From assembly GCA_002269645.1 (NCBI GenBank), contig NIVC01000572.1:413309-477308 (forward strand): 64,000 bases of DNA, read 5' to 3'. Source of the stretch: Macrostomum lignano. Taxonomy: Eukaryota. The notes beneath the pieces were generated by a model. The model made no database searches. It was not told the origin of the DNA and saw nothing but the letters and a program-made list of their open reading frames with translations. Each line of letters begins with the position of its first letter. Position 1 is the first letter of the stretch. The position numbers and the translations under genes were made by a program. Below, in pieces: positions 61,145 to 64,000 of this stretch.

Positions 61145-61252
61145 CTCTGGGACCGCTGATTCTACCCCATTTGGCCGCTCCATATATATCTATGGTTCAA
61201 TGCAACAATTCTTTCTTTGGCCCGGCCAAAGAAACAGCGGTCCGGGCCAGAG
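61145..61252. repeat. Nested inverted repeat (hairpin) 3' of the Crypton ORF
   Basis: TTTCTTTGGCC-C-GGCCAAAGAAA (61212-61234) nested within GGACCGCTG/CAGCGGTCC and CTCTGG/CCAGAG. Confidence 0.85.
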
Positions 61253-61373
61253 AAATCAACTCAACAACAGTATATTTATTATCAGAAAGTGATGTAATAA
61301 AACAACATTAACAATGCAATATTAAAGGAAGAAATTTTTTACGATGCTGTATTTTGTCACTTCAATCATTCAA

Positions 61374-61919
61374 TCATTCGAAATAGATGCTCACTTTGTC
61401 TGTATCGCCACACACCTCCAGGCGCATTCTCTTCACCCTTGGTTGACCACTGCCAACGCCACCGTCCATCTCGTCTCCAGCCCCGGCCGGCTCGGTTTTT
61501 GCTGCACTTTCCGGTTTCGTTTCAGCAGCTGCAGATCCAGCTAGGATGGCGCTGAAAGTTTTCTGTTGACTCATTGAGATGCCAATGTAGCGCTCTAAAG
61601 CGTTGCTACTGTGCCCGGTCACACGTGCTATGTCAGCTCGTTGCACGCCAGCCTCGTTCAGGGTGGTAGCGCAGGTCTTGCGTAGACTTTGATTCGTGTA
61701 GCGTGTACCATTACCAGGCGAAACATCGTTCACTAAAGTCTTGACAGTGTCAGCCAGGGTGTGCCGTCCCATTGGCGTCCGCATAAACCACTCGGCGCGG
61801 CTGTCTGGCTTCCACTGACGATTGCATGACAAGATAAGAGCTTCATGGCACTCACGTGGCCGACGCGCGCAGTAGTTACAATAAAGTTGCAAACTAAAGA
61901 GTAAAGAAAGATCGTGCAT
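61374..61919 (-). mobile_element. Crypton-type tyrosine recombinase (DUF3504-like) C-terminal coding segment; N-terminal exons not found
   Basis: RRP...WF..TPMG.HTL...VK...YTNQSLRKTCATTL.EAGV...IARVTGH...Y...S.SQQK. AATAAA ~95 nt downstream. Confidence 0.8.
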
Positions 61920-62017
61920 GGGTCTTCTCTAGGCGAGGACCTATACTAAAAAGAAGTCTTGACCATAGACACTTACAACACGACTCTGACGGACCGACCA
62001 AATGAGGCAGAAATATA

Positions 62018-62153
62018 TTCTTTCCGTTTCATTGATTCTTTGGTCCAAACCGCTTAGGCTTTGAACTCGATTCCAGGCCTCGGCTACGCCTCGGCCAAGA
62101 AACGAGTTCTCAGCCAAGCGGTTTGGACCAAAGAAGTAAAGAAACGGAAAGAA
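62018..62153. repeat. 136-bp imperfect palindrome (MITE-like or Crypton terminus)
   Basis: TTCTTTCCGTTTC/GAAACGGAAAGAA and TTCTTTGGTCCAAACCGCTT/AAGCGGTTTGGACCAAAGAA arms around a CGGCTACGCCTCGG centre. Confidence 0.9.
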
Positions 62154-64000
62154 CTTATACTTATTTATCCATTATACTACGGACTTCTCAATACTCGGGA
62201 CGGGAAACGATAAAACCTGGAGGCCTATTAATTGGATAGGTTTTTGCCACAGACACAAACTCACTGACTACAAGGTAGAACCTATCGAAGTAATGCTTTT
62301 GAGGATTTTGAGTAGTCCCTGCATTATACTGTATCAAAATGGTGTGCAAAAATTTTGGTGCCATTGAAATATTTTTGTCGTATAGTAAATATCCACAAAA
62401 CAATTTAAACCAAAATGTAGATGGTTGGCGAGTACTCGAGGGGCAGGTTGAGTCGAGTACTCATATATGAATCGATTGGAGTCTCTTTCCTGTGGGACTA
62501 ATCAAACAAACGACTTAAAGCTTGTGGCATGTTGCCTGTAATTATTAATTATAAACTTTAATCCTGTCATAAACGCATAACAAATAGCAAAGACTGAGTT
62601 TGAAAATAGCCGACACGAAACCAAAATCAACGTAGCTAGACTGCAGCGTGCAGATCTTTGAAATAATTGAGAGTTAACCACTAGCACGTTGAATCAAAAC
62701 TCCGGAATTTTTTTAACGTGTAAAAACCTGGTGCCAGGGTCGATACTTGGAGCAGCTTGCACAATTTTGTAATTCTGCTTTTCCGCTCGCAGGTTAAGGG
62801 TTATGTTTCTTTGTTATAAAGTGTGGTTGTTTATATAGACAATGTCACTTTCACATTATTTACTGTGGTACAGTCAATCATCGCATCATACGTTTGATAA
62901 TGCCTGTCTATATTCGTGTCAGGAACTGTGCGAGTTGTTTCTAATCTAAACAGAAAAATGGAACGGATGGACCAGAGTGGTCTCAGAAGTTTAGACAACA
63001 AATTCTAAAAACACTATTCTGGACGAAGCTTCAAATGTGTAAAATGCATCTTATTAACTTATACGGGTCGTGCCCGTTGATAGTCCTCGACGTAGTTACA
63101 CTAATGATCACCGAAATGATGTCTATCTGGAGTAAATTTTTCACTTTTCTACCGACCCTCGCAAATATGAAGATCATCGTCTTGGCATTGCTTTGTTGGA
63201 AGCAGACGGTGGACAAGAAGAGACTAAGTCGACGGACAGAATGGACAAGTCAGAGATGGACACGCTACCAAGAACAACCATGGAGCAAATGCTTGCTTAT
63301 GGCTTATGGCTTATGTCTCTAGTTTTCCCACTCTATGCAAATATTGTTCCGGAATATGTAATTACCCATGTTTGTACATTAAGAAATATAGCCGAGTGGC
63401 TCATAAGCAACTATACACCTCGACACACTCTAAAGCTTGTAATTCATCAATGTGTGTGACAACGCACATCGTTCGATTTGCACAAAGTTTTAAAGTTTTC
63501 CGACCAAATCCTATCACAACCTTTCCTTGGCGAAACGTCGAGATTCTCAATTGAGAAATCGCGTACTACGTTGAACCACAAGCTTTTATCTAGACCACGC
63601 CATCAATCCCACCGAGAAACGTTTCGCTAGCAAGACTATTGCGGTCGGGCGAGCATGCAATTTTTGGACCGGGGCAGGGTCCGCCAGCCAGCGGTAACGA
63701 TGGAGTATCAGAGGCGAGGAAAAGAAGGTGGGAGGGTAATTGTCAGGCAGCAAGAAAAAATCCAGTTTTATATAGTCACTCTTGACCCCCTTAAGCCGGT
63801 TAGTCGGGTGGCTGGCCTGCCCCGGTCTCTAAGCTGCAAACATTGGACTTGTGGCTCACTCTGCCCTGGCTCGCGCCGCTTTCTGATTGGTCCGCCGTTC
63901 CAAGCCGGGGCAGATCGCGAGATGCCGGTGACGTCAAACCCCTTCTGTTGTTTGCTGAAAAGTTCTAAAATCAATCAATTTATTTACTTGATGTACTTTA

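Noticed and set aside
62950-63560. Short ORFs that might be upstream Crypton exons or another TE
   Set aside because: On the opposite strand to the recombinase and no recognisable motifs.

Overview
Repeat-rich eukaryotic (animal) genomic DNA with spliceosomal introns. Style and repeat load suggest an invertebrate such as a free-living flatworm (inference only). No prokaryotic features, rRNA or CRISPR. Host genes: two tandem Pim-family kinase paralogues (minus, ~7.6-9.5 kb and 24.1-27.9 kb), two tandem profilins (minus, 31.5-36.0 kb), a large AJM1/ajm-1-like gene (plus, 52.5-58.7 kb) broken by two identical-context frameshifts, and one exon of a secreted lectin-like protein. Mobile DNA: the right half of a CACTA/EnSpm transposon (1-4030), RTE-clade LINEs, a LOA/R1-group LINE with RNase H and an 8-bp TSD, a 61-nt retrocopy of a related LINE 3' end, tRNA-derived SINEs, two inverted non-autonomous Helitron-like copies, a hAT MITE, and a Crypton-type tyrosine recombinase fragment between two related hairpins. 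About ten minisatellite arrays explain most of the long ORFs in the track. The most unusual structure is a composite at 16.96-21.0 kb: duplicated LINE 3' end, inverted copy of a local satellite, then ~5.8 identical 273-bp units with Helitron-like head-to-tail junctions. All homology calls are by-eye motif recognition; no searches were run.
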